Shown one piece after another: positions 1 through 13,279 of a DNA stretch of 64,000 nucleotides. Source of the stretch: Histomonas meleagridis 2922-C6/04-290x (Eukaryota > Protista > Parabasalia); assembly GCA_020184695.1 (NCBI GenBank), contig JAANOX010000098.1:1-64000 (forward strand), read 5' to 3'. The notes under the pieces are model-generated. The model worked only from the letters and a program-made list of their open reading frames with translations, had not been told where the DNA came from and did not search any database. Position 1 is the stretch's first letter, and every line of letters begins with the position of its first letter. The position numbers and the translations under genes are program-made.

Positions 1-3000
1 TGATCGCTGGCGCTAAGATCGTCCAGCCGCCCACAGCAAATCTTCAAACCTGGCAGCGCGCGGTCATCATTATTCGCAAGCCGAGATCGCCATTTCACGC
101 CGCTGGCCGTCGCCGCGAACTTTTGGCCCGCCCACTATCGTGGTTGTTGGTTGTTAATCGTCATTGAATATTGCCACAAACGATATTATCGTAATTGGAA
201 TGAATCAGACATGGCAGGGTGAATGCAAAGAAAGCGAAAGCGCTCAATAGCTTGTCTCAGCACAAATTGTCCAGATTAATCGTTTATCATCCGCGCGGTG
301 GATGAATTTAATTTTCCACAACATTGCTGTAACGTCATCGCGTTAAATGATGATTATCGCTTTCACAAACAATACATCCATAACCATTTTGCCAGCCGAG
401 GCCAAACTACCAAACCGTGCCAGCATCACAGTACCGCCAGTGCCACGCGAGCTGCGTGAATAAGGTCGCTACAGACGACCTGCGTGACCTTGTGGTGTAC
501 CTTGTCACACACTGAAAATGACAACACAAACTGTAATCGCTTATCGTCCTCGCACTGTTAGTGCAGACTTGACTTGGTAATGGATAACCGTGCGCCCGTT
601 ATTTGATCGCTCCTTATCATAATCACTTCAACGCCACACAACCATGTGCCAATTATTTGCCGCTTAAACAACTGATACAGATCTGCCAATGGCCCTTTTC
701 ATTCACTTTCCTGTCCAGTAAAATTTTCACAACTGAAAAACATTTGTGATAAGTAATAATTGAAACAAAACTAGATTGAATTATTTTACTTTTCCGATCG
801 TTTTTACAGAGTTATGAATCATAAAAAGAAAGAAGATACCATCATCCAAAAACATCATCATTTGAAAACAGAAAATAATGCCAACATCACACAATTAATA
901 AATGAAGAATGGAATATCATATTGTTCACAACAAATAAACTTATAATATTTTTTTTTTGTCGCCAGCATCTTTCATCTTTGCCAGATAGCAGTGGCGTCT
1001 CTATCAAGGAAAATAGTGAACGTGATATTGTCGAGCTGATCTCAGCCCAGCCCGTAGAGCATGCTCTATCTGAAATAGCAGAAGAATGATGAAATGAAGC
1101 CATCGTGGAGTATTATCAAACCCAGAAATCTGAGTTGTGCACCTCTGCACAAAGATGTTGGTTCGGCGGCATCCGAATATGACATGGTATCAAAGCCGGG
1201 GTTTGTTGTTTGTAACCATGCGGTGCTGGAAGAATATTTTCAACAGAATATATTACTCTGAAGCTGCCATTGACAGCGCGCCAGAGACGTGGCAGACAGC
1301 ATTTAATATCACTACGTCCAGTTATAGTTGTACCGTTTCGATCGTCGTCGTTGATGAGGATCGATCAGCGTCTTCAGTTATCAAACACAGCGACGCAAAG
1401 GTTGAAGATTCAACGCGAACGCCGACGTGCCAGCATGGAGTTCGGTATTATAAAGCGTTGTCGAACTTGTCGCCATCATGATGATACCCGTTTGGCGAAC
1501 AGAAGGAGGTTGTGTTAGGTGACCATCGGCGAACCAAAGATGTAAAGGTCGTGAATCGCAAAAAGAATTAGCAAAATATTATTGTATAACTATGTTACTA
1601 TTCATCAGAGAAGAAAATCATTGATTATAATATTTGTCACCGTCCTGGAAACAAGTTAGGTCAATGCCTCAGCAATATTACAACTAACTTGCTGACGCTT
1701 GAATTTCTGTCAGCTCAAGACAACAGTTAACATGTTGAAAACTATAACACGATTTCTTCACCGCAAGCTGAATAAGAAAAGGTAATTCCGTACACCGCAT
1801 TGCCCATCCCTTACCGTGAGTAATATTGTTTAATAACATCAAAACACTTCAAGCGGCACATTCGGTTATCACAACAATTAGCGCTTTTGCTGTACGCCTG
1901 AATACAGTTGGCTGAAAACTTCCAACCATTTGTAAGATATGAAAAGGTATCGAAGATAATGCCACTTTAAGTTAATGTTGATATTGCCTCTCTCAGAATG
2001 ATTTTCACCTCACCAGTTATTTGAAGAAGATCCAGCGTTAAACAGCGCGTAATGCCGCCCATTGTCCCTCAGTGAATCATATCATCGTCCCAGCATGGAA
2101 AATGGACGGTCTGTTAATCCTGATGAAAACTATATATGATAATCTGGCAAAGCTTATACACGTAGCTTTGTCACCACCGAATGGCAGCATGTCAGTTAAA
2201 GAAAAACGAAACATTATTAATAAACGAAGAAGGTGGTTTCCACCACAGGTAAGTTACAATTTCCAGAAAATGTGGCTGAAAAGTCATCAGCTTCAAAAAG
2301 CAAAGCAGATTTCCGTTATCGCCAGCCAAACATTTGATCAACATCCGCACAGAAAGCACCTGATGTCGCCACCAACTGTGCTAAAAAATCCGAATATTAA
2401 AGCGACCATTGTTGAATGACACGATGGCAATGAAATGCTCGCCAGCAAACGCAACTGAAAAACGGGAAAAAAGCACGTCAAAGATGGTATTTCCCGGAAG
2501 CTCGTGTACAGGGAGTTGACAAGATTCAGACACTACCAGAACTGTCTTCATATCTTCCATGAATAATAAATCATTGATTGTACAGCTTAATTTCAAATAT
2601 TTCGAAATTATCTTTTCTGCTTCATTAATTGAATGACCTTTACGTCATTATTTTGTTTTTTCTTTCTTTCTTCAAATTTTGATATATTCATTTGAACCTG
2701 TTCCTAAATTCTGCAAACCACGCAACCTGAATATTAATGAACATTGTCTAACCAAACAATCTCTTGAATCAAAGGTGATTTAATGTAATGCTTTTTTTTG
2801 ATTAATGTCATTTTAAACCTGTGTGGTTTGAATGTAATAAACGTTATCACTATTAGAAATGTAATTTCATGTGACCAATAAGAAAATATTGATTTAAAAG
2901 ATTATTAAATTTTTTTATTGTATAAAGCAATAAACCTGAATCTCAATGCACCTTCCATCTTTACAAAGATAAACATAACATTGAACTGATGTTATACTTG

Positions 3001-3149
3001 AATATTTTCCATCTAAACCATTTAAATAAGAAATTAAACATAAAATTTTATTCAAGCATGAACACGTTAATCAGCACTGTTATTCGTTATCAAAATAAAT
3101 ATAAAAATCAATAAAACCAGAACCAGAAGCTTCAGAATTGAATTACTAA

Positions 3150-4400
3150 CATAATTCCTCACAGATAGATATTAAACACAATCAGAAAACAACAACGAGA
3201 AAATCATAAAACAAAAACACTAATGAAGACTCTTGCGAAACACAATATAGCAACAAAAACAAAATAATCATTGAGAAACATAGAGATGAAGAATTACAAT
3301 ATCACAAACAATTAAAAGCAATCTAAGCACAAGGGAAGGCTTTAAACAATGATTTAGCGCGAAGAATCTAAAACGTAAAAACTCTGAAGAAGATGTGAGT
3401 AAAGCTAATTTCCAAGACAGGAGGTTTATTTCAACAAAACATGATGATCGAAGAAATCATAGCCACCGACTTCGACCATGAGAAACGATTAGACAAAGCA
3501 TTAGTTCGATATATGTAATAATTTAATGAAATTAGGAGAATACGCAAAGAATAGATGAATATCGAAAAGAGAAAAACACGTTTCAACATATCATTAAGAA
3601 AAGCAGAAATCGAACGCGAACGTAACGACCAAGAAAATGGCGCGACTCTATTTCCGATTCTAACGAAGCATATTCTGATGGTGATCGCATTAAAATGGAC
3701 TTAGGAGAAGGTAAACAGAAAGAAAAAGAATCGATACAAAACTATGAAACAGATCTTTTATTAATTAATCAACAAATCGAAGGACAGCGTATTACACAAA
3801 AATCATCCACGTGATCAGCAACAGCAAATCATCGATGAGTAGTCAACTTAGTTCGTAACAGATCAACAAGAAGAACTTGTGCAACAAACTGAACAATTAT
3901 ATACATCTAATCAACGAGTAGGTGACTTGTAAGGTGTGAAGAACACTGAAGAATTGTTTGGTCAGAGTCAGAACAACTTAGTCGAAAAAATTATTCATTA
4001 TTTAATTGTGTTATTGAATATAATACATAATAAACAAACTCTGAAGAAAGAAATCAAAGGACTTCAATTACAATATTTATCACTTCAAAGTCAAAGTGAA
4101 GAAAAAGAAGAAAATAATAACAATGAATTAAACGAAATTACGAATAACATTAACGAAATAAATCAAAAATTAGAAACATTAAAAGATAAAAAAGAAAAAT
4201 CGCAAAAAGATTTCACAGTAATTTATAATGAAATTAATAAATTATTTAATACACTTAAATGTGAATGGGATAATGAAACGACGAATGACAATAACGAAAA
4301 ATACGAAAATCAATGTTATGGCCGCTTTATCTTCTATAGAGAATAGTAGAGCGCTAATAATGAATACGTTGCAGAAAAGACTAAAAATCCAATATATTAA
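3150..4400 (+). pseudogene. Heavily disrupted coiled-coil gene resembling outer dynein arm docking complex subunit (ODA-DC2/CCDC114/CCDC63 family)
   Basis: Fragments in shifting frames: HEKRLDKALVRY, SNEAYSDGDRIKMDL, LFNTLKCEW, NVMAALSSIE. These recall the family motifs LENRLDKALV.., SNxAYxxRD and N+MxxLGxIE. Many stops and indels; boundaries are approximate. Confidence 0.55.
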
Positions 4401-5702
4401 CAGTGGAATCAGTAAATTCTTCAGTTACCTCAATAGATACAATTTCACGTCAAAATACAACAAGAAATCAAATAAACAAAGAAATGCAAAAACAAAAATT
4501 GTTGACTCAAATAGCTAATGTCAATCGGATGAAATCAAAGCTTTAATTGGTTAAATTTTATTATTTATTATATATAAAAAGAGTTTGAAAAAAAAAATTA
4601 TTTTTATTAAATTAAAACAATATTTGTGATTGTGTTTTATTATTATTTCCGAATATTTTGTTTAATTTCTTTTTTTGTTGAAATTTTATATAAATATATA
4701 ATAATAGAAATAATGAAAACAATCGATAAAATAGGTGAAATATAAATAAAGAAAAATGATAATATAATAATAAATGTTAAAAATTCTTGTAATAGAAAAT
4801 GATTTTGTTGTTTTTGGTGATTCTTGTTTGCTAAATTTTGATTTTTCTTTTGTAAGTGAAAGAAAGAGTAATTATTATAATCACGTGAATAATTCTTTCT
4901 TATGAAAATGGCGTATTATGCCGATGTTTGTGGTGATTTAAATGCACTTTCTGAATTTTGTGGTGAAGGAGGAAAATACCATTAATCGAAAGAAAACCTT
5001 TTAACTGTTAACCAAAATCACTTGAATTCCTTAATGCCGAAAAATTAACAAAAACGCAAACGGCAAAAGAAAACATAATAAATTTTGATGAAATTAAAAA
5101 AAATTTACATTTTTCAAGATGATTGATTGAATTTGTCATTGAAATATTAGTTAATACATTTAAGAATGCGAACATCATTTAACTCAATAATATGTTTTTG
5201 ATATTACCATGATTAAAAGTACTCGAAAATCTATCAGTAAAAGTTAATCCAATTTTTAATGTTACATGAATTAAAATATTATACAAAGTAAGAATTTATA
5301 ACATCCGTTGATATTAACATCATATTACAAATGTTTTATAAGATATCAACAACAATTAATGAGTTTCTATTAAAAAAAGTTATTACAACAACTAATAATA
5401 CCTGTGTAAAAAAATTATCTCTAATTAGAGTTCATGTTTTCCATTTATAGATAAAATGTTACATAGTTAGTAATAACCATAATGTTGTATTGGAAACATT
5501 GTTTGATAATTAATCTGGTTCTATTCAACAAACACTCGAAGGATTAAAAAGGAATATTAATAACTTCATTAAGAACTCAATTAATTTGTTACTGGATGAT
5601 TTTAATATTTCATTAATAAAAGCGTTACATTTTTATATTTATGTTTCAGATTTTCGTTTACTAGATGATGAGAAAATTGAAGTCAATGTCCAAAATCAAA
5701 AT

Positions 5703-7894
5703 CTATATTTCCTTTTTAAATATTATTAATAATTTCCAAATATTATTTTATGATATAAAGTTTTAAAAATAGACCTTAAACAAAACAAATAAATAATCTT
5801 TAGCATTAACATCATTTCCTTCATGTGCAAGAAGTAATTTAACTATTTCTACATTTCCATGATTAGATGCATAAATAAGTGCTGTCCAAAATAATTTAAA
5901 TAATTTCCAAATATTATTTTGAAATCCAAAATTGTTAAAATAAATTTCAAAGAAAACAAATATATATTTTTAGTATTAACATCAATTTCTTTTTGTTCAA
6001 GAAGTATTTTAACTATTTCTGTATGACCATTTTGAGATGCAAAGAAAAGTGCTGTTTCAAATACTTTAAATAAATTCCATATATTATTTTAAAATAGAAA
6101 ATTATTTAAATAAATTTCGAAATGAAAAAATAAATAGTTTTAGCATTGATATCAATACCTTTTTGTTCAAAAAGTAATTGAAACAATTCTAAATTACCTT
6201 TTTTAGACGCAAATATAAGTGCATTATAAAATAATATAAACAATTTCCAAATATTGTTTTAAAATATTTTTTTATAAAACAAATAAACTCCTTTAGCATT
6301 AATATCAATTCCTTTTTGTTCAAGAAGTAATTTAACAATTTCAATATTTCCGCTTTGAGATGCAAATATAAATGGTGTAAAAAATAATTTAATTAATTGC
6401 CATATAATATTATTTTGAAACAAAAAATTGTTATAATAAATATCAAATAAAGCAAATTAATATCTTTAATATTAATATCAATTTCTTTTTGTTCAAGAAG
6501 TAATTTAACGATTTCTATATTACATTTAGAAGATGCATATGTAAGCGCCGTGTTAAACAATTAAAATAATTTCCAAATATTAAGTTGAAATCCAAAATCA
6601 TCAAAATAAATTCCAAAGAAATTTAATAAATTCCTTTATAATTGATATCAATACCTTTTTGCTCTAAAACATATTTAACAATTTCAATGTTTTTGGTTTC
6701 TAAAGACATAAGTAAAATATTTTTCGGAATTTGATTTCCTTCAAGAAGATACTTCAAAAGAAATATGTTTCCAATTTTTGCTGATTCATTAATAATATTA
6801 TCATTAATTTTCATACCTTCTTCAATCAAAAATGTTAAAATTTCATAATTATGATATAAAATACATTTCTTTCCTAATTCTTCTAAGTTATTGGTTTTCA
6901 CAATTTGAGCTGTTAGCCTAGTTATATCAAAATTTTTATTTCCATAAATAGATGAAATTGTTGGATTTTGTTGATTATTTTCCTCAGATTTTTCTGATTT
7001 ATTTCCATAAATATATTTAAAAACATCATTTCGATAGAATTTAATTGCAATTTCATACGCATCTTCAAATGATGAATGATTTTGTTCACATAAATGAATG
7101 ATTTCTTCGTTTCCACCTGCAATTGCATATTTACCTGTATTTTCTACAATAACACCATTCATAAGTAAATATTTGAAACATTTAATAGAAGAAAAAAATG
7201 CTGCATAATCAATAAAGAAACTTTGTTCTTATTAATGAATGAACATCTTTCATATAGTGATGGCTCAATTTTTTGATTAAAATCAAAATTATTTTGTGAT
7301 GATATTTCTTGAAGTTTCTCTATATCATCATTTCGAATTATTTTCGCAATTTCATTTGGATTAACTCCTTCTTTAACATATATCTTATGAAGTTCCCATT
7401 CGTTCTTTGAAAGTTTATCATAATTTTCTTTGAATTGATTCAGAAGATGAGATTTTTTTGTTTCTTCATCTGACATTAAATGTATAAAATATGGTAACCT
7501 TAGATTTTGAACATTATTTGCTTCTATAAAATTATGTTCAATCATACAATTAAGAAGATAATATGATTCTTGTGTGTTTTGCTTAAGAAGATAATTTGTG
7601 AATACTGATGTTATTTTTTGATTCAACACTATTTTTTTATATTCAAATTCTTCTATTTCTTTTAGAAATTCTAAATATATATCAGAAGAATTTTAATTTT
7701 ATACAGAAAATTATATATACCATTTTGGACTTATAATTGAATTAAATGATACTGCGTTTGTAAAAATCAAATTTATTAATTATTAAACCTATCATTTGAG
7801 TTATATTTTTCTTTGCTCAAATTAAAAAAATTGCATTGTTAATGGATATAAGTTTGTCCAATTCGTTCTGAAATTTGTTCTTTGTTCCTTCCAT
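5703..7894 (-). pseudogene. DUF3447-type/ankyrin-repeat gene (locus 1) with 6 repeat inserts and several 1-nt frameshifts in the N-terminal part
   Basis: ATG at 7894 (MEGTKNKFQNEL). ORFs 7159-7629 and 6623-7162 carry NPNEIAKIIRNDDIEKLQ and GKYAIAGGNEEIIHLCEQ, followed by ankyrin blocks (TALTYASS..EIVKLLLEQKEIDIN) ending KEI-TAG at 5703. Frameshifts may be sequencing errors. Confidence 0.8.
5715..6631 (-). repeat. Array of 6 ankyrin-linker inserts (80, 83, 63, 80, 80, 81 nt spacers)
   Basis: Measured between the D-equivalent codon and the T codon of each repeat; most share AATAATATTTGGAAATT. Confidence 0.85.
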
Positions 7895-8443
7895 ATAATT
7901 AATTGTCAAATGACCCAAAAGTGACAGCAAGTTAGGGTACCCTGGCACTAAGACCTCGTTTGGTCTCCAAATTAACGGTCTCTGGTATTCGGCTGTTTAT
8001 GTACACTTTTTAAATGGTTATCCCTAACAAAAAATGATATGGAAATAAAAGGGAATTATGGGCATAAAATCATCTGATTTTATTCCAGGATGGTGAGTAC
8101 CTTATGTGCAATTTACAGGGATTCGGCAGAAGGCTTTCGGTCTTTTCTCTATTATTTTCGCACATGGAAGATGGCTCCTCCTGCAAAGATATAATCGGAG
8201 CAGGACTTGCATTCATCATCATAAAATTTATTTAAATTAATGGAATTGTAATATGCAAGATATTGAATAAATCAATCTTTTTAAATGTATCTTAATGTTT
8301 TTGTTCTTGAATTTGGAAAAAAATTATAATAATTTTGATGTTTATTAATTAAAAATATTCCTAATGATATGCGTAAACAGCAAAATTATTTTGTTTGAAT
8401 TCTTCGAAAATTTTCTTCATTATTGTCACTATGAATACTCTAT

Positions 8444-9740
8444 TCAAAAAATATATATTTCATTTTCATTATCATCATTATTTACTTCATTACTTTTATT
8501 TCTTTTATTTCGAATGTAAATTAAAAATGCGATAATTAACGAAGCAATAACAACTCCTCCAACTCCGACTCCAACACCAATATAAATGTTTGTTTTATTA
8601 TCATTTTTATTTTCACTATTTTTATCCATATTAAAACCTGAATAAGACATGAAATAATCAGAATAAAGACTTACTGTATAATCATAATATATAACTGATG
8701 TTGAAATATATGTGGATATTGAATTAATATTCGTAAGAATAAATGAATTGAAAAATGAACTATAAATACTTAATGTTTGTGTAAATGATAAAATATATGT
8801 CACTGAATATGAATGTGTTAAAGTTACATCAGAAGAATATGTTTCTGTAAATGTGGTATATGATGAAAATGTATTCGATTCAGTACGTGTATTTGAACGC
8901 GAACCTGTACTTGAAATTGAAAATGATCCTGAATTGGTAAATGTATTTGAATGTGAACTTGAACTTGATTGTGTAAAAATATTTGATTCAGTTGGTGTAA
9001 ATGTTTGTGTATGTATTGAATTACATCCTTCAATTGTTCCTTTTGTGGCAGTTAGTTCGCCAAATGTTTTGCTTTGATATGTTTCAAATACCATAACAGA
9101 TTTTGCTAAAATATTCCTAAAACAATTTTCTCCAAAAGTTGGAGAAGTTTCACCATAAAAATAAATACATTTAAGTGAAGTACATTCTGAAAATGAAGAA
9201 CCACCAATATATTTAACATTTTTTCCAATGATAATTGTTTCTAATTTTTTACAAGAAAAAAAAGATTTAAATTCAATATTTTCAACTGCATCTGGAATAG
9301 TGAAATTCGTAAATACGCATTCAAAAAATGCAAAAATTTTTATCATAGTTACATTTTTTCCTAATGAAATTGATATTAAATTAGTGCATGAAAAAAATGC
9401 ATATGATTCAATTGAAGTAACAGAATCTGGAAATTTAAAAGTTTTATTTGTATTACCAATTGGGTAACTAATAACTTTTGTAAGATTTTTATCACACAAA
9501 GCTTCATTGTAATTAGAATAATATGGATTTTCTTTTGAAACATTTATAATTTGAAGACTTTTACATGCAATAAATGGATTTGATGATATCGAAGAAACTG
9601 TTTTTGAAATTTTAACATATTTTAATTCTTACAATCGCGAAACATAAATTCTCCAATATGTTGAACACCTTCATCAAAAATTACTGTTTCAAGGCCAGAA
9701 CATAAAAGAAATGCATTTGATTCAACCCTAAAAAGAGGAC
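8444..9740 (-). pseudogene. BspA-like leucine-rich repeat surface protein, 5'-truncated duplicate
   Basis: TpLRR motifs (FPDSVTSIESYAFFSCTNL), S/T-rich stalk, TM segment GVGVGVGGVVIASLIIAFLIYI and an acidic tail. Frameshift near 9625 and no signal-peptide region upstream. Confidence 0.8.
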
Positions 9741-9966
9741 TTACAATATGAAAAATACACATCAATTTTGGTCCATTAAATATGATCAAAATTATGAAAA
9801 TTGTTGAGAAGTATTCATGTAATTTCTTATTTTATAAAAATTAATAATTTCATTGCTTTCACTTGTTGTAATACAAATTTTCTCAATATTTAATTAAATT
9901 AATTAAAAATAATTTTGATGTTTTATTCAATAAAATTTTTCAACATGTATGAACAACAAAATTATC

Positions 9967-11588
9967 TTATTCGTATTCTTTTGACAGAGAATTTACTTCA
10001 TTATCGTCATTATTTGATTCTTCATTACTTTGATTGCTTTGATTTCTTTTATTTCGAATATAAACCAAAAAAATAATAATTAATGAAGCAACAACAACAA
10101 ATCCAATTGCAACTCCAACTCCAACATAAATATGTGTTTTATCGTCATTTTTATTTTCACTATTTTTATCCATATTAAAACCTGAATAAGACATGAAATA
10201 ATCAGAATAAAGACTTACTGTATAATCATAATATATAACTGATGTTGAAATATATGTGGATATTGAATTAATATTCGTAAGAATAAATGAATTGAAAAAT
10301 GAACTATAAATACTTAATGTTTGTGTAAATGATAAAATATATGTCACTGAATATGAATGTGTTAAAGTTACATCAGAAGAATATGTTTCTGTAAATGTGG
10401 TATATGATGAAAATGTATTCGATTTAGTAAGTGTATTTGAATGTGAACTTGAACTTGACTTAGTAAAAGTATTTGTTTTAGTTTGTGTAAATGTTTGTGT
10501 GGGCAATGGATTACATCCTTCAATTGTCTCTTTGGTTACATTTAATTCTTCAAATGTTGCGTTTCGATATTTTTCACTTACCATAACAAACTTTGCTATG
10601 ATTGAAAGAAAACAATTTTCTCCAAAAGTTGGAGAAGTTTCACCATAAAAATAAATACATTTAAGTGAAGTACATTCTGAAAATGAAGAACCACCAATAT
10701 ATTTAACATTTTTTCCAATGATAATTGTTTCTAATTTTTTACAAGAAAAAAAAGATTTAAATTCAATATTTTCAACTGCATCTGGAATAGTGAAATTCGT
10801 AAATACGCATTCAAAAAATGCAAAAATTTTTATCATAGTTACATTTTTCCTAATGAAATTGATATTAAATTAGTGCATGAAAAAAATGCATATGATTCAA
10901 TTGAAGTAACAGAATCTGGAAATTTAAAAGTTTTATTTGTATTACCAATTGGGTAACTAATAACTTTTGTAAGATTTTTATCACACAAAGCTTCATTGTA
11001 ATTAGAATAATATGGATTTTCTTTTGAAACATTTATAATTTGAAGACTTTTACATGCAATAAATGGATTTGATGATATCGAAGAAACTGTTTTTGAAATT
11101 TTAACATATTTTAGATTTGTGCAAAGATGAAACATTAAAAATCCAATTGTTTTCACACCTTCATCGAAAAATACACTTTCAAGAGCATTACACCCAAAGA
11201 ATACCTTTCTCCCAACTTTTGCAATCGGACTTTTAAATAATACACTTTTTAATGCACTACAAGATTGAAATGCACAATCTCCAATATCTGTAATACCTTC
11301 TCCAAATGAAATATTTTCTATGAGAATACAAGAAGAAAATGCACTTTCTCCAATTGATTTGACTGAATTATTAATACCAACAGTAATCAATAAAGGCCAT
11401 TCATAAAAAGCTTTGTTTGGAATATCAGTTATTCCACTTGAAATGATAACATGTTTGGCTTTGTTTTTGTAGTTGTTATTAAATTCACTCGAATTCGAAA
11501 TATTTAATGTTAATGTTGCATTGTCAAAAATTTGGAGTGAATGATAAAAAAAGATAACAAACATTATATATGTAAATTTAATATTCAT
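9967..11588 (-). CDS. BspA-like leucine-rich repeat type I membrane protein (one frameshift at ~10845)
   Basis: ORFs 10839-11588 and 9967-10836 join if the 5-nt A run (T5 on the plus strand) at ~10844 has 6 nt, as it does in the paralogous copy at ~9354. Hydrophobic N-terminus, LRRs, TM and tail. Confidence 0.85.
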
Positions 11589-11850
11589 TGAGAAAAATGA
11601 TAATGTATAAATATTGATCTTATATTAGTGACTATTTTTTACTCAAAAAAAACTAAATCCAAATAAACATACTTTTTACGTACCAACTTAAGTTTGGTTT
11701 TTATGATACACCCTAAGTGATCCAATGTCTTCAATTAAAAAAATTGTAACTGTATCACTTTGATTAGAAGTTTTTCCAATATATCACTTTCATGTTTTCC
11801 ATTATTCAAAATAAGTAAATAAAAATGATTAAAAAAGATGCAGTTTACTT

Positions 11851-12456
11851 TTAAACAAGATATCTAAGCTTGAATTCATGAAGCTTTTGAGAAATTTTGT
11901 TTCTTGATTCCAATGCAGTTTGCAAATCTTTCGCTTTCAAAAGTATTTTTAATTCTTTCATGAAATTAATTTCTTTATCATCGAAGAAACCTTTACTTGC
12001 ATATGATATTGCTGTCCCTGTGTCAGAATCAGAAACAACCAGAAGACATTGACATTGAAGCATAGTATATTTGCCATCCAATATATCATAAAGGCTTTTT
12101 ACACTTGCTTTTGTTACATCCGCAAGAAAAACAGAATTTATATAATCACTTTCTTTCTTTTTTGGAATGATTTCGTATGAAGTTTGATCAAATTTACTTT
12201 TTTGAAAAGTATAGGCTTGAGGAAAACGAATATCACGGCAATAAGCTTTCAAACATGAAGAATCTTTTATGCCTATCTCTTTTAGTTTCATACTATCTTG
12301 AAGAATCTTTTTTTGGAAATATAATTTTGTATCTTCAACTTTATAACCATTATAGTCATTAAGCATTTTCTTTATGTCAAATATAGTCGAGTCATCAGAA
12401 ACATCTAGGGTAGTTATTTTCTTTTGTTTTATTTCTTCAACATGAATTTTCATCAT
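11851..12456 (-). CDS. Ubiquitin-like domain protein (N-terminal UBL, possible UBA-like C-terminus)
   Basis: TTLDVSDDSTIFDIKKML..KLYFQKKILQDSMKLKEIGIKDSS is a UBL signature. Confidence 0.7.
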   Translation of the reverse strand: MMKIHVEEIKQKKITTLDVSDDSTIFDIKKMLNDYNGYKVEDTKLYFQKKILQDSMKLKEIGIKDSSCLKAYCRDIRFPQAYTFQKSKFDQTSYEIIPKKKESDYINSVFLADVTKASVKSLYDILDGKYTMLQCQCLLVVSDSDTGTAISYASKGFFDDKEINFMKELKILLKAKDLQTALESRNKISQKLHEFKLRYLV

Positions 12457-12525
12457 TTACAAAAAATTTTGCCACTAAAAACGGCACTTTTTACGGCTGG
12501 CAAAAGAAGAAAACGTTAAACCAAA

Positions 12526-12555
12526 TACGGTTAATACGGTTATGGCCCTTCCTTT
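12526..12555 (+). promoter_or_regulatory. Trichomonad-type core promoter: two TACGGTTA (M3-like) motifs and CCTTT (M5-like)
   Basis: TACGGTTA at 12526-12533 and 12535-12542; CCTTT at 12551-12555, 5 nt before the RPS6 ATG. These match the M3/M5 core-promoter motifs described in Trichomonas vaginalis. Confidence 0.65.
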
Positions 12556-12559
12556 TTAA

Positions 12560-13210
12560 ATGAGGCTTACGCTCGCTTACCCAGATCATGGAACACAAAT
12601 ATGTATCGATGTAGAAGATCCAGTCGCACTTAACAGTCTTTACGATCATCGTTTAGGCCAAGATATTGATGGCGCTATCCTTGGACAACAATTTGCAGGA
12701 TATCTTTTCCGTCTTGGTGGTGGATTTGACAAACAAGGTTTCCCAATGAAACAAGGAGTTCTTACACCACGTCGTGTTCGCCTTCTTCTTCGTGCAGGTA
12801 CATCATGCTATCGTCCACGTAAAGATGGTGAACGTAAAAGAAAAACAGTTCGTGGTTGTGTTATTTCGTCCGAAATTTCTGCACTTCATCTTATAGTTCT
12901 TAAGAAAGGTGAAGCAGAAATTGAAGGTCTTACAGATAAAGTTGTTCCACGTCGTTATGGTCCAAAGCGTGCCACAAGAATTCGTGCAATCTTTGGCGCA
13001 GATAAGAAAGCCGATGTTACCAAACTTGTTCTTCGTCGTGAAGTCAAGCCAGGCAAATTCACACAACCAAAGATTCAACGTTTAATCACACCACGTCGTC
13101 TTGCACGTAAAGCTAAATTCTTGAAAGAAAAGAAAGCACGTAGAGAAGCTGCAGCCAAGAAAGCTGAAGCATATAAGGCATTACTTGAACAAAGAGGATT
13201 GAAACATTAA
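12560..13210 (+). CDS. RPS6: 40S ribosomal protein S6 (eS6)
   Basis: GGFDKQGFPMKQGVLTPRRVRLLL, ERKRKTVRGC, VPRRYGPKRATRIR, PKIQRLITPRRL. Confidence 0.98.
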   Translation: MRLTLAYPDHGTQICIDVEDPVALNSLYDHRLGQDIDGAILGQQFAGYLFRLGGGFDKQGFPMKQGVLTPRRVRLLLRAGTSCYRPRKDGERKRKTVRGCVISSEISALHLIVLKKGEAEIEGLTDKVVPRRYGPKRATRIRAIFGADKKADVTKLVLRREVKPGKFTQPKIQRLITPRRLARKAKFLKEKKARREAAAKKAEAYKALLEQRGLKH

Positions 13211-13279
13211 AAATTCAATTTTTTTATTTTTACTTTTTGAACTGAGTATAAACGGTCGTTCGGGCACCTCAAATACGTT

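Noticed and set aside
1-2700. Bacterial horizontal transfer
   Set aside because: Higher GC alone is not enough; no intact ORF or recognisable bacterial motif was found. Kept only as an unknown.
7920-8230. GC-richer intergenic patch as an ncRNA or MITE
   Set aside because: No terminal inverted repeats, second copy or recognisable RNA fold were seen.
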